Shown piece after piece: positions 13,688 to 26,423 of a stretch of 64,000 bases of DNA. The DNA is taken from assembly GCF_006345805.1 (NCBI RefSeq), contig NC_043003.1, positions 52,886,001 to 52,950,000 of the forward strand. Reading direction: 5' to 3'. The DNA is from Octopus sinensis. Taxonomy: Eukaryota. The notes beneath the pieces are model-generated. The model was not told the DNA's origin. It was given only the letters and a program-made list of their open reading frames with translations, and made no database searches. Position numbers and translations under genes: made by a program. The stretch's first letter is position 1. The number at the start of each line of letters is the position of its first letter.

Positions 13688-14308
13688 CTTTTACTTATTT
13701 CAGTCATTAGATTGGAGCCATATTAAGGTACTGACTTGAAGAATCGACCGCAGTGCTTTTTTTCCCAGGATTTTTTTTTAAAGCCTAATACTTATTCCAT
13801 CTGTCTCTTGTGCCGAACTGCTAAGTAAGGAGGACCATCTTACTAACAATAACTCTGAGCACCTTTTCAAACTCCACCTGTCTAACACCCGTGGACATGT
13901 TTACAAAGTCAGAAAACAGCAGAGCTCCCATGACTTTCGGAAACATTTTTTCACGCTAAGAGTTGCTGAAGCATGGAACAAACTGCCGGCATCAGTTGTT
14001 AGTTGTCGGAGCATTGCATCCTTCAAAACTTCCATGCCTCCTGAGATTCGCCAACACTACACCTGATTTTCTCCCCTCCATACACACACGAGCATGTATC
14101 TGACTCATACACTGTACACTTTCCAGAAATTTGTACATTACTGCATTATGCTTTATACGCTCTTTGACAAGTTGTGGTGCACATGAGCACTGTATACAAT
14201 AATTTCATTATTATCATTATTATTATTATATTATTATTATTATTATATTATTATTATTATTATTATTATTATTTTAAACACCAAAACCGGTATCAAGCTG
14301 TTGTGGTG

Positions 14309-14359
<51 letters not shown>

Positions 14360-14415
14360 TGACCGGTGTCTTTCAGTTTCCGTCTACTAAATCCAATCAC
14401 AAGTCCTTGGTCTGC
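13688..14415 (-). mobile_element. SINE family B split by a CR1 insertion
   Basis: SINE sequence stops at gctaagtaagg (~13830) and resumes at taaacaccaaaaccgg (~14275). Confidence 0.75.
13832..14274 (+). mobile_element. CR1 LINE 3' end with (ATT)n tail
   Basis: Hand translation TRGHVYKVRKQQSSHDFRKHFFTLRVAEAWNKLPASVV matches the CR1 ORF2 C-terminal pattern (TRGH..FF..RV...WN.LP). Confidence 0.85.
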
Positions 14416-14810
14416 GGCTACGCTGGGGGACCGCCTTGAAGGGTTTGGCCGAATAAATCGACAGCAATATATACTTGTATTATGTCTAGTACATATTCTA
14501 TCGGTTTTTTTTCGAACCGCTAAGTTATGGAGATGTGAACAAACCCGCGCTGGTTGTCAAGCGGTGTTGGGTGGGGACAAAAAAACGTACAAACATAGAA
14601 ACATATACACACACATACACACACACTTACATACATACAACATACATACATACATACATACATACATACATACACAAACACACACACTTACATATATAAT
14701 ACATACATACATGCATACACACACACATATATATACATATACATACATACACACACACATATATACATACACAAACACACACACTTACACACATACACAC
14801 ATACATGCAT

Positions 14811-14899
<89 letters not shown>

Positions 14900-15110
14900 A
14901 TACATATATATGCATACACACACACTTATATACATACACACACACATTACGGGATTCCGTACCGTTTCCGTCAACCAAATTCACTCTCAAGGCATTCGTC
15001 AGCTTGGAGCTAGAGTTGAAGACACTTGCTCGAGATGTCGCACAAGTAGGACTGAACCCGAAACCAGGTGGCTGCGACGCGAGGTTCTTAACCATACAGC
15101 CATGCCTGCA
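14416..15110 (-). mobile_element. SINE family B with greatly expanded internal (CA/TA/CATA)n
   Basis: Both SINE halves flank ~350 bp of microsatellite. Confidence 0.8.
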
Positions 15111-16088
15111 CCTATATAGAGTTACGATGTTTGCTTCCGGCATCTCTGTTTGCAGATAGACGAAGCAAGAAAACACCATTCTATAATGTGCTGGTTGCCT
15201 TAACTGGCTTTTGTCAATGAAGATAATTATTCTTCCATGAACGTTTGATTGACAAAATATGTTGACAAATGAGCATGTGAAGATAGACTAGTGAGGAACT
15301 TGAGCAGGGAAACTAAATGATTAGATTCCAACCGCGTTTTCATCCAGTTTTTACTATTTTAACGCCCCTACGCTATACGTAGTTTCTTCTGCATTGCTTT
15401 TATTCTCTTCACTTTTCTCAACTACAATATCAATGATAAAATATAACAAATAGCGTCTGATCTCTCTCTGCCAGCAGATAAATACAATTTTGGGTGTGGA
15501 GTTGCGAAGCTGTCTAATGAATTTATTATACGGGTGTGAAGTTGTATAACTTTACCTTATTGTTGACGTCAGTTGACACAATGAATTATTGTTAGTCTCC
15601 TCCGATGTTCTCTGCTACAACACGCATGGCAAAAGGTCAAATGTCTTGCGACGAAATGAGCACAAAATATGGAAACCGGTATCAACTGTAAAAGATATAT
15701 TCTTTATAAACGTCTAGCCTACTCTAATTACTAATTTTCAGTTTAAATATGTTAGAAACTTCGAATCTACACTCTGTATACCATCTCATTTACTTTTGAT
15801 TTTTATTAGGAAAACACATCTAATGCCTCACAAACCATCTTCATATATACAATACAATTTAATGTAGCATAAAGTTTCAGGGTTTATTCTTTTATTCTTT
15901 TATTTGTTTCAGTCATTTGACTGCGGCCATGCTGGAGCACCGCCTTTAGTCGAGCAAATCGCCCCCAGGACTTATTCTTTGTAAGCCTAGTACTTATTCT
16001 ATCGATCTTTTTTCCGTACCGCTAAGTTACGGGGATGTAAATACACCAGCATCGGTTGTCAAGCGATATTGGGGGCGGGGACAAATAT

Positions 16089-16158
<70 letters not shown>

Positions 16159-16161
<3 letters not shown>

Positions 16162-16428
16162 TCAGTAAATGGTGGGGTTGTGTTGACTGCACGTGGAGAA
16201 ATAATAGGAAAGGGAAAAATATTAAGGCAGAATGCTAAACTGAAAGCAAATTTTAATATACATGGGTGTAGGAAAAATTAAAAACAGAAATCAAATCGGT
16301 TTTCATTGCAAGGCAAATTTTCAAGATGAGGAGGGGGAAAAAGTTTTTTTTAAAATGAGGAAGGGGAAAAAATTATAATGCTTTTTTCAAAAAAATAATA
16401 ATAAATATATGCAAAAATTAATTCCTAT
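16159..16428 (-). mobile_element. (TA)n-flanked repeat, probable Penelope pLTR fragment with a decayed hammerhead
   Basis: Related inverted copy at ~38300-38512; minus-strand atc-TTGAAAA-ttgc/gcaa stem-GAAA-accgat-tt-gatt. Confidence 0.5.
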
Positions 16429-16437
16429 ATATATATA

Positions 16438-16722
16438 TCACCGTGACCGACCAGACTATCAGATGTTGCTACACATCGCTGGTCACAATGCGCTTCACAT
16501 TGTTTTTAGCCTTCAAATGACGCCTGCTAAGCGAGCAGGCCAACAGGAGAAAGAGTGAGAGAAAGCTGTGGTGAAAGAGTACATCAGGGATCACCCCCCA
16601 CTGCCGGAGCATCGTGGAGCTTTTAGGTGTTTTCGCTCAATAAACGCCCGGTCTGGGAATTGAAACCGCGATCCTACGACACCGAGTCCGCTGCCCTAAC
16701 CACTGGGCCATTGCGCCTCCAC
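16438..16722 (-). mobile_element. SINE family C (tRNA-like head), tail type 1
   Basis: Minus-strand head ggcgcaatggcccagtggttagggcagcggactc..ggtttcaattccc; head shared with the copy at 53907. Confidence 0.8.
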
Positions 16723-16816
16723 TATATATATATATTCGACGGGCTTCTTTCAGTTTCTGTCTACCAAATCCACTCACAAGGCATTGGTGGGCCTGAGGCT
16801 ATATGCGTTTGTGTCC

Positions 16817-16853
<37 letters not shown>

Positions 16854-17432
16854 CGTGCGCGTGCGTGCGTGTATGTATGTGTCATAGTTTTTAGCAGCAG
16901 TGTGACGTTCCCCTCATCCCAATCCTCTCACCCTATTGTGCTGCTGCTGTCCTAAGACCCGAAAACAAAAATATGGTACAGTTCCTGTATTCCTCTGTGT
17001 ATATATGTGTTCGCCCACGGTATTGCCATCGTTGGCACCGCCGCTGCTGCAGACCTTGTTAGTTGTGTTTTTGACACTGTTATGGTCGTCCATGAAATTT
17101 TATGTGCGTGTGTGTGTGTGGGGGGGGGTGCGTGTGTGTATAGGTTCGCTTCGTATGCTGTGTGTATCCATGCGCTTTATGTAGTTTTCTTTATATATTT
17201 TATCTATCGCTATGTCCTATATTTATCACAGTCATGTGACAGATGTATTTATATATTTACTTATATATCGATTTATATATTTATTTATTTACCTTTTTAA
17301 TACATTTATCTCTATTTCTCATAAGTATCACTGGTAAGTGCATATATGTCTATTGTGTGTGTATTACCCTGTATGTTTCTGTGTATTATTTACAGTTTTG
17401 TCCCTCTCGCTTCTCATCCCTACAGTCTTTAG

Positions 17433-19690
17433 TCAGGTGGTGTGGTAGTGGGTGTTGCTGTTCCATTCGTGTTTTCTATTGAGACTAGGTCTGTCTACTG
17501 TTATGAGTGTAGCCTCTGTGATCTGTCTAAGTGTCGTGTCAGTTCTATATGTCGATAGTACTTTAACTTCTATGCTATTAATCGAGCCTCCATTGACGAG
17601 CTTTTGCCTTCTTTGAGCTCTCACCAATGTGTCACCTATACGCTCTCCTATGCTGCATACAGTCTTTCCAATGTAGGTAGTTGTCATGTTTCTGCACTGT
17701 CCCACAATACATCGTAAGCTATATTCCTAACATTCCTAACCTTACAGTTAACCTGTGGGTTCATCCTATATACAACACAATTGTACTCCGTACAGGGGGA
17801 CATATCAAAAGGATAGGTATTGCAGATCAGGAATTTTAAAGGGTCAGCAGGCCTCTCTCTACTACTTTCATTTGTAGATTAACCTTGCTCAATGTTTTTT
17901 TCTAAAAAGGTGTGCTAGTTCGCTGCCAGGGGTAGCATCACCGAAGATGACACTCTGGTATTTTTTGTTGTCATACCAAGTGTTGGCCTTCTTTATTTTA
18001 TTACTGGTCCTTTCCGTGCTGTTCTAGGATTTACTCCCGTACAGTGGGCAGATTCCCTTAGCATCACTCTCTATGATGGCTTTATACTTAGTCCTGGTTC
18101 CTTTGTACACTCTAATCCTGTCCCTTTGGTTGTAGCCAGAGAACTGCATGCTGTGGATGAAGTGTTGTGTGTGTTTTTACAATTCCATAGAGTCGCACAT
18201 GCGAGACACACTCTTCATCACTCTCACCAAGTCAGCTATAAGAATGTTGAACTTGGCGTTGTCCGCAATCGCTGCGTTCTTGTGGACAATGTACTGAGAG
18301 GCCATGGGTTTAGCAAAATGAGAGTGAAGGATCTGGACCTTACCGTTCTTCGTTTCTAGCCAGAGTTCAGTGTCTAAAACAAGGAATCTATAGTTAGGGT
18401 ACTTACTAGGGTAGTCTATCGTTATTTCTATTCTCTGGTGGATGGATTTAGCTATTTGTTGGATGCTCTCCATAGCATTAGCTTCTAGAACATCAACATT
18501 GTCTTGTAGGGGTGCTCTTGCTACTATGTTAATATCGTACACGTAGCGGGGGTACATGGTTAAGTTTATGGAGTTCTATGCTAATTTCTCTTTAAGTCTC
18601 CTACCCCACCATACCATAAATAGGTTATCCACATCGCCAGCAATACTGACTTCCTCTTGGGCGTATATCTTGTTATTAAACTTAAATATATATCCCTTGA
18701 GTGTGGTCTTAGTACTCGCACCCACCGCAAGTGGGACCATCTTTTTAACCGGATCATTATTTTCGGGGGTCCGTATAGCTCTGGCCCATCCGTTCCATCT
18801 CTCTTTAGGGATCTTCTTGGCCATAGCAGTTATAGTGGGTGGATCTACCTCTTATCGATCTAGTGAGGCAGAAACAACTAAGGTCATGTTTATCTAATTA
18901 GTCAGTCTCAGGAGGAGGCCTAGTTCTTCAGTGTCAACACCACGGAAATCCGCATCACTCTCACCGCTCACCTCCACACATTTCTCCATAGCAAAATCAA
19001 CACCAATGGATGGGTATAGGGACACTACGTCCATACTGCCTATTATGCAACGCGTCAGGTCGTGGGCATGGTTGCGCTTATTGATTCTGCTGAGGAGGTC
19101 CTCTGTGCTGTCACACACATCTGGAGACATTTTTATCAGATGCCGTATGATCATTGAGCGGAAGTTGGAGATCTGGGACTTGTTGGCAACATTGCCTCCG
19201 CAGACCTGTCTCGTCGGTGGTCCTGTCACTAGGTCGGTGGTCATCTTATGGTCTTTGCGCAGTTCATACAGTGCCGGGATGTCGTTGTTGGTCGTGTGCT
19301 TCTTTACCCCTAAGATGTTTGACCACATCATCATATGAGCATTGAAGATCTTCTCCCTCTCTTCATACTCCCATATCGTTGTTTCCCTCATATTGGTGAT
19401 CTGGGGCTTCATCGCCTGGATGTAGTTCGGCAGGCTGCCTACCGACATTCTGCCGGACTTGTTTGTGGGGAAGTACGTGACTTCCCTATTTCCTGTGCGC
19501 TGTAAGGGCTTGAGCAGGCCACCTGCGGACTTCTTGTCGTGTTGCTGTGCCTCTTTACCACTCCGTCTTGTAGTGTATTGTTCTAAAATCTGTCTAAGTT
19601 TAGTACTGGCCATGGTGAATCATGCTTCTATTTCGTCATTTCTCTGTTGAGGCATGCAAACTCTTTTGTTGAGGGTTAGGGTTGTCGGAT
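17433..19690 (-). mobile_element. Penelope-like retroelement (RT, Cys-rich linker, C-terminal GIY-YIG), 5'-truncated and frameshifted
   Basis: ORFs 18894-19613 (GSMDVVSLYPSI), 18576-18824 (FKFNNKIYAQ), 18177-18557 (RYVYDI, LVLDTELW, HFAKPM), 17433-17705 (YIGKT..SIGERI, RQITEA..I...PSLN). The Cys-rich linker suggests the Neptune group (inference). Confidence 0.9.
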
Positions 19691-19718
19691 AAATACGGCT
19701 CATATCGTATTATTTATC

Positions 19719-19720
<2 letters not shown>

Positions 19721-19752
<32 letters not shown>

Positions 19753-19760
19753 TATATATA
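19721..19760. repeat. (TA)n at the left array end
   Basis: Read directly. Confidence 0.9.
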
Positions 19761-22700
19761 AGATGAACAGGAAAAGTGGACAGTCAACATGCTAGATATA
19801 GACGTCAAATCGCCATTCACCACAAAAGATTATGTTCTCAGATCAAAAACACAAAACCATAGCATAAACAAGTGAAAAATATACGAAATAAAATAATTAC
19901 CCATGTACTAAATTAGTTTCAGCTGTTATTTTCCGCAAGGAAAACTGCAGCCATCATCAGCATGGTCCGTTATAAATGTAATTTGCTGGACTAGATGCAA
20001 ACACGATACCGAAATATCACGTGCATGGAGTTCAGCCTATTACATTGAATATATCTTTCAAATGCCTTTACTTTGGCGCGTTGAAACCCGAGAAAACTAG
20101 CCTGCAGCTAATAATTAGCAGCAGTTAATTTATCGGTTAGAGAACATATTTATTTATATAAAATTAATTAAGGTAGAGAAATTGATATTTATCAATTAAG
20201 ACCAGTGGTCTAGCATATTAAAAAAATCCGAAGATTAAAAATTTATATATTACCAATTAGGACTGAACACGAAAAGTGGACAGTCAACATGCTAGATATA
20301 GACGTCAAATCGCCATTCACCACAAAAGATTATGTCTCAGATCAAACTCAACACCAAAACCATAGCAATAAACAAGTGAAAAAATACGAAATAAATAAAA
20401 AATAATTACCCATGTACTAAATTAGTTTCAGCTGTTATTTTCCGCAAGGAAAACTGCAGCCATCATCAGCATGGTCGTTATAAATGTAATTTGCTGGACT
20501 AGATGCAAACACGATACCGAAATCACGTGCATGGAGTTCAGCCTATTACATTTGAATATATCTTTCAAATGCCTTTACTTTGGCGCGTTGAAACCGAGAA
20601 AACTAGCCTGCAGCTAATAATTAGCAGCAGTTAATTTATCGGTTAGAGAACATATTTATTTATATAAAATTAATTAAGGGTAGAAATTGATATTTATCAA
20701 TTAAGACCAGTGGTCTAGCATATTAAAAAAAATCCGAAGATTAAAATATTTATATATACCAATTAAGGACTGAACACGAAAAGTGGACAGTCAACATGCT
20801 AGATATAGACGTCAAATCGCCATTCACCACAAAAGATTATGTTCTCAGATCAAACTCAACACAAAAACATAGCAATAAACAAGTGAAAAATATACGAAAT
20901 AAAAAATTACCCATGTACTAAATTAGTTTCAGCTGTTATTTTCCGCAAAGAAAAACTGCAGCCATCATCAGCATGGTCCGTTATAAATGTAATTGCTGGA
21001 CTAGATGCAAACACGATACCGAAATATCACGTGCATGGAGTTCAGCCTATTACATTTGAAATATCTTTCAAATGCCTTTACTTGGCGCGTTGAAACCCGG
21101 AGAAAACTAGCCTGCAGCTAATAATTAGCAGCAGTAATTTATCGGTTAGAGAACATATTTATTTATATAAAATTAATTAAGGGTAGAAATTGATATTTAT
21201 CAATTAAGACCAGTGGTCTAGCATATTAAAAAAATCCGAAGATTAAAATATTTATATATACCAATTAAGGACTGAACACGAAAAGTGGACAGTCAACATG
21301 CTAGATATAGACGTCAAATCGCCATTCACCACAAAAGATTATGTCTCAGATCAAACTCAAACAAAACCTAGCAATAAACAAGTGAAAAACATAACATATA
21401 AAATAAATAATTACCCATGTACTAAATTAGTTCAGCTGTTATTTTCCGCAAGGAAAACTGCAGCCATCATCAGCATGGTCCGTTATAAATGTAATTTGCT
21501 GGACTAGATGCAAACACGATACCGAAATATCACGTGCATGAAGTTCAGCCTATTACATTTGAATATATCTTTCAAATGCCTTACTTTGGCGCGTTGAAAC
21601 CCGAGAAAACTAGCCTGCAGCTAATAATTAGCAGCAGTTAATTTATCGGTTAGAGAACATATTTATTTATATAAAATTAATTAAGGGTAGAAATTGATAT
21701 TTATCAATTAAGACCAGTGGTCTAGCATATTAAAAAAAATCCGAAGATTAAAATATTTATATATACCAATTAAGGACTGAACACGAAAAGTGGACAGTCA
21801 ACATGCTAGATATAGACGTCAAATCGCCATTCACCACAAAAGATTATGTTCTCAGATCAAACTCAACACAAAACCATAGCAATAAACAAGTGAAAAATAT
21901 ACGAATAAAATAATTACCCATGTACTAAATTAGTTTCAGCTGTTATTTTCCGCAAGGAAAACTGCAGCCATCATCAGCATGGTCCGTTATAAATGTAATT
22001 TGCTGGACTAGATGCAAACACGATACCGAAATATCACGTGCATGGAGTTCAGCCTATTACATTTGAATATATCTTTCAAATGCCTTTACTTTGGCGCGTT
22101 GAAACCCGAGAAAACTAGCCTGCAGCTAATAATTAGCAGCAGTTAATTTATCGGTTAGAGAACATATTTATTTATATAAAATTAATTAAGGGTAGAAATT
22201 GATATTTATCAATTAAGACCAGTGGTCTAGCATATTAAAAAAATCCGAAGATTAAAATATTTATATATACCAATTAAGGACTGAACACGAAAAGTGGACA
22301 GTCAACATGCTAGATATAGACGTCAAATCGCCATTCACCACAAAAGATTATGTTCTCAGATCAAACTCAACACAAAACCATAGCAATAACAAGTGAAAAA
22401 TATACGAAATAAAATAATTACCCATGTACTAAATTAGTTTCAGCTGTTATTTTCCGCAAGGAAAACTGCAGCCATCATCAGCATGGTCCGTTATAAATGT
22501 AATTTGCTGGACTAGATGCAAACACGATACCGAAATATCGCGTGCATGGAGTTCAGCCTATTACATTTGAATATATCTTTCAAATGCCTTACTTTGGCGC
22601 GTTGAAACCCGAGAAAACTAGCCTGCAGCTAATACTAGCAGCAGTTAATTTATCGGTTAGAGAACATATTTATTTATATAAAATTAATTAAGGGTAGAAA

Positions 22701-24620
22701 TTGATATTTATCAATTAAGACCAGTGGTCTAGCATATTAAAAAAATCCGAAGATTAAAATATTTATATATACCAATTAAGGACTGAACACGAAAAGTGGA
22801 CAGTCAACATGCTAGATATAGACGTCAAATCGCCATTCACCACAAAAGATTATGTTCTCAGATCAAACTCAACACAAAACCATAGCAATAAACAAGTGAA
22901 AAATATACGAAATAAAATAATTACCCATGTACTAAATTAGTTTCAGCTGTTATTTTCCGCAAGGAAAACTGCAGCCATCATCAGCATGGTCCGTTATAAA
23001 TGTAATTTGCTGGCTACTAGATGCAAACACGATACCGAAATATCGCGTGCATGGAGTTCAGCCTATTACATTTGAATATATCTTTCAAATGCCTTTACTT
23101 TGGCGCGTTGAAACCCGAGAAAACTAGCCTGCAGCTAATAATTAGCAGCAGTTAATTTATCGGTTAGAGAACATATTTATTTATATAAAATTAATTAAGG
23201 TAGAAATTGATATTTATCAATTAAGACCAGTGGTCTAGCATATTAAAAAAAATCCGAAGATTAAAATATTTATATATACCAATTAAGGACTGAACACGAA
23301 AAGTGGACAGTCAACATGCTAGATATAGACGTCAAATCGCCATTCACCACAAAAGATTATGTTCTCAGATCAAACTCACACCAAACCATAGCAATAAACA
23401 AGTGAAAAATATACGAAATAAAATAATTACCCATGTACTAAATTAGTTTCAGCTGTTATTTTCCGCAAGGAAAACTGCAGCCATCATCAGCATGGTCCGT
23501 TATAAATGTAATTTGCTGGACTAGATGCAAACACGATACCGAAATATCGCGTGCATGGAGTTCAGCCTATTACATTTGAATATATCTTTCAAATGCCTTA
23601 CTTTGGCGCGTTGAAACCCGAGAAAACTACCTAGCCTGCAGCTATAATTAGCAGCAGTTAATTTATCGGTTAGAGAACATATTTATTTATATAAAATTAA
23701 TTAAGGGTAGAATTGATATTTATCAATTAAGACCAGTGGTCTAGCATATTAAAAAAATCCGAAGATTAAAATATTTATATATACCAATTAAGGACTGAAC
23801 ACGAAAAGTGACAGTCAACATGCTAGATATAGACGTCAAATCGCCATTCACCACAAAAGATTATGTTCTCAGATCAAACTCAACACAAAACCATAGCAAT
23901 AACAAGTGAAAAATATACGAAATAAAATAATTACCCATGTACTAAATTAGTTTCAGCTGTTATTTTCCGCAAGGAAAACTGCAGCCATCATCAGCATGGT
24001 CCGTTATAAATGTAATTTGCTGGACTAGATGCAAACACGATACCGAAATATCACGTGCATGGAGTTCAGCCTATTACATTTGAATATATCTTTCAAATGC
24101 CTTTACTTTGGACGCGCGTTGAAACCCGAGAAAACTAGCCTGCAGCTAATAATTAGCAGCAGTTAATTTATCGGTTAGAGAACATATTTATTTATATAAA
24201 ATTAATTAAGGGTAGAAAGTGATATTTATCAATTAACCAGTGGTCTAGCATATTAAAAAAAATCCGAAGATTAAAATATTTATATATACCAATTAAGGAC
24301 TGAACACGAAAAGTGGACAGTCAACATGCTAGATATAGACGTCAAATCGCCATTCACCACAAAAGATTATGTTCTCAGATCAAACTCACACAAAACCATA
24401 GCAATAAACAAGTGAAAAATATACGAAATAAAATAATTACCCATGTACTAAATTAGTTTCAGCTGTTATTTTCCGCAAGAAAACTGCAGCCATCATCAGC
24501 ATGGTCCGTTATAAATGTAATTTGCTGGACTAGATGCAAACACGATACCGAAATATCACGTGCATGGAGTTCAGCCTATTACATTTGAATATATCTTTCA
24601 AATGCCTTTACTTTGGCGCG
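19761..24620 (-). repeat. Tandem array, left arm: ~9.6 units of ~505-510 bp, hammerhead on the minus strand
   Basis: catcatcagcatggtc recurs at about 19952, 20461, 20963, 21465, 21969, 22473, 22976, 23482, 23986 and 24491. Confidence 0.97.
19899..19966 (-). ncRNA. Type I hammerhead ribozyme (first of 10 minus-strand copies)
   Basis: Minus strand: accatg-CTGATGA-t-ggctg..ttttcc-ttgc-ggaaaa..cagct-GAAA-ctaa-t-ttag-TA-catgg; complete core, stems I-III, GUA triplet. Confidence 0.88.
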
Positions 24621-26423
24621 GACCATGCTGATGATGGCTGCAGTTCCTTGCGGAAAATAAGCAGCTGAAACTAATTTAGTACATGGGTAATTATTTATTC
24701 GTATATTTTTCACTTGTTTATTGCATGGTTTTGTGTTGAGTTGATCTGAGAACATATCTTTTGTGGTGAATGGCGATTTGACGTCTAATCTAGCATGTTG
24801 ACTGTCCACTTTTCGTGTTCAGTCCTTAATTGGTATATATAAATATTTTAATCTTCGGATTTTTTTAATATGCTAGACCACTGGTCTTAATTGATAAATA
24901 TCAATTTCTACCCTTAATTAATTTTATATAAATAAATATGTTCTCTAACCGATAAATTAACTGCTGCTAATTATTAGCTGCAGGCTAGTTTTCTCGGGTT
25001 CAACGCGCCAAGTAAAGGCATTTGAAAGATATATTCAAATGTAATAGGCTGAACTCCATGCACGTGATATTTCGGTATCGTGTTTGCATCTAGTCCAGCA
25101 AATTACATTTATAACGGACCATGCTGATGATGGCTGCAGTTTTCCTTGCGGAAATACAGCTGAAACTATTTAGTACATGGTAATTATTTTATTTCGTATA
25201 TTTTTCACTTGTTTATTGCTATGGTTTTGTGTTGAGTTTGATCTGAGAACATAATCTTTTGTGGTGAATGGCGATTTGACGTCTATATCTAGCATGTTGA
25301 CTGTCCACTTTTCGTGTTCAGTCCTTAATTGGTATATATAAATATTTTAATCTTCGGATTTTTTTAATATGCTAGACCACTGGTCTTAATTGATAAATAT
25401 CAATTACCCCTTAATTAATTTTATATAAATAAATAGTTTCTCTAACCGATAATTAACTGCTGCTAATTATTAGCTGCAGGCTAGTTTTCTCGGGTTTCAA
25501 CGCGCCAAAGTAAAGGCATTTGAAAGATTATTCAAATGTAATAGGCTGAACTCCATGCACGTGATATTCGGTATCGGTTTGCATCTAGTCCAGCAAATTA
25601 CATTTATAACGGACCATGTGATGATGGCTGCAGTTCCTTGCGGAAAATAACAGCTGAAACTAATTTAGTACATGGGTAATTATTTTATTTCGTATATTTT
25701 TCACTTGTTATTGCTATGGTTTGTGTTGAGTTTGATCTGAGAACATAATCTCTTTGTGGTGAATGGCGATTTGACGTCTATATCTAGCATGTTGACTGTC
25801 CACTTTTCGTGTTCAGTCCTTAATTGGTATATATAATATTTTATTTCGGATTTTTTTAATATGCTAGACCACTGGTCTTAATTGATAAATTCAATTTCTA
25901 CCCTTAATTAATTTTATATAAATAAATATGTTCTCTAACCGATAAATTAACTGCTGCTGGCTAATTATTAGCTGCAGGCTAGTTTTCTCGGGTTTCAACG
26001 CGCCAAAGTCCAAAGTAAGGCATTTGAAGATATATCAAATGTAATAGGCTGAACTCCATGCAGTGATATTTCGGTATCGTGTTTGCATCTAGTCCAGCAA
26101 ATTACATTTATAAGGACCATGCTGATGATGCTGCAGTTTTCCTTGCGGAAAATAACAGCTGAAACTAATTAGTACATGGGTAATTATTTTATTTCGTATA
26201 TTTTTCACTTGTTATTGCTATGGTTTTGTGTTGAGTTTGATCTGAGAACATAATCTTTTGTGGTGAATGGCGATTTGACGTCTATATCTAGCATGTTGAC
26301 TGTCCACTTTTCGTGTTCAGTCCTAATTGGTATATATAAATATTTTAATCTTCGGATTTTTTTAATATGCTAGACCACTGGTCTTAATTGATAAATATCA
26401 ATTTCTACCCTTAATTAATTTTA
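24619..26423 (+). repeat. Tandem array, right arm: ~3.6 inverted units, hammerhead on the plus strand, ending in (TA)n
   Basis: gaccatg(c)tgatgatg at about 24621, 25117, 25612 and 26114; reverse complement of the left-arm unit. Confidence 0.97.
24622..24688 (+). ncRNA. Type I hammerhead ribozyme (first of 4 plus-strand copies)
   Basis: CTGATGA 24628-24634, GAAA 24667-24670, GTA 24679-24681; predicted cleavage after 24681. Confidence 0.88.

Larger units (their letters stand above)
15885..16803 (-). mobile_element. SINE family B whose internal (TA)n hosts two further elements
   Basis: 3' half at 15885-16085; 5'-side segment gacgggcttctttcagtttc at 16738-16803. Confidence 0.75.

Noticed and set aside
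14366-15179. Long HT/YI/VC-rich ORFs (also 29434-30304, 32056-32570, 39367-40196, 6117-7325)
   Set aside because: Translations of stop-free microsatellites.
17360-17440. Hammerhead in the PLE 3' region (minus CTGACTA...GAAACATA)
   Set aside because: Core and cleavage triplet are both defective; not distinguishable from chance by eye.
19761-26423. CRISPR array or coding repeat
   Set aside because: Units are whole near-identical ~510-bp repeats without unique spacers, no cas genes are present, the context is eukaryotic, and the short ORFs are not maintained between units.
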